From: Candidatus Margulisbacteria bacterium GWF2_35_9
GTDB taxonomy: Bacteria > Margulisbacteria > Riflemargulisbacteria > GWF2-35-9
Direction: 5' to 3'
Assembly: GCA_001783275.1 (NCBI GenBank)
Contig: MFRH01000066.1
Location: 10,033 to 26,176, forward strand
Length of the DNA stretch: 16,144 bases
Below, piece after piece: positions 16,015-16,144 of this stretch (within the stretch, counting starts at the first letter, position 1; every line of letters starts with the position of its first letter). The notes below the pieces were generated by a model. That model made no database searches. It saw only the letters and a list, made by a program, of their open reading frames with translations, and had not been told where the DNA came from. The translations under genes and the position numbers were made by a program.

Positions 16015-16144
16015 ATTTACCCCTTATTACGTGTATACTTTATTTTATTATACTCATTTGTTAAGCAAAATAAAATACTTATTCTGTTTCTTGTATATAA
16101 TACAACCATTTATGTTACTATTTCGATATGTGCGCCAAGCGAAG

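Noticed and set aside
1-16144. CRISPR arrays, IS/transposase genes, integrase or tRNA-flanked island boundaries.
   Set aside because: No direct-repeat/spacer periodicity, no transposase/integrase-like ORFs and no terminal inverted repeats are visible. The accessory-like right arm (13.4-16.1 kb) has no recognisable mobility genes within the window.

Overview
AT-rich (roughly one-third GC by eye) window from a diderm bacterium. It uses the standard code: TGA, TAA and TAG all terminate well-supported genes. Three blocks stand out. (1) A tightly coupled plus-strand outer-membrane biogenesis pair: a 3' fragment of a YihY/BrkB-family membrane protein, then a 1397-aa TamB/AsmA-like protein, then an Omp85 (TamA/BamA-like) barrel. 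(2) A minus-strand operon (about 7.4-11.7 kb) that I cannot map to a described pathway. A genuine lysine 2,3-aminomutase (radical SAM, CSVNCRYC motif, near-colinear with Clostridium KamA) is fused in one polypeptide to a D-Ala-D-Ala-ligase-like ATP-grasp domain. It is followed by a second Ddl-like ATP-grasp ligase and a GNAT acetyltransferase, each joined by ATGA stop/start overlaps. The distal end carries decaying genes: a second GNAT with two in-frame stops and an internally deleted HDAC/acetylpolyamine-amidohydrolase-like remnant. I read this as a beta-lysine-based acetylated peptide/osmolyte-type ligase system, by analogy to AblAB (N-epsilon-acetyl-beta-lysine) and Ngg (a GNAT-Ddl fusion making N-acetylglutaminylglutamine). 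It is caught in partial decay. (3) An accessory-looking right arm: SPFH/band-7 protein; a small C4 zinc-ribbon protein with an RS-rich tail and a textbook rho-independent terminator; an acidic Ser-rich 165-aa unknown; an orphan OLD/AAA_15-type ABC ATPase whose Walker B DEPE is degenerated to DTPS; and a stand-alone CheY-like receiver. No rRNA, tRNA, CRISPR or transposase-like sequences were seen.
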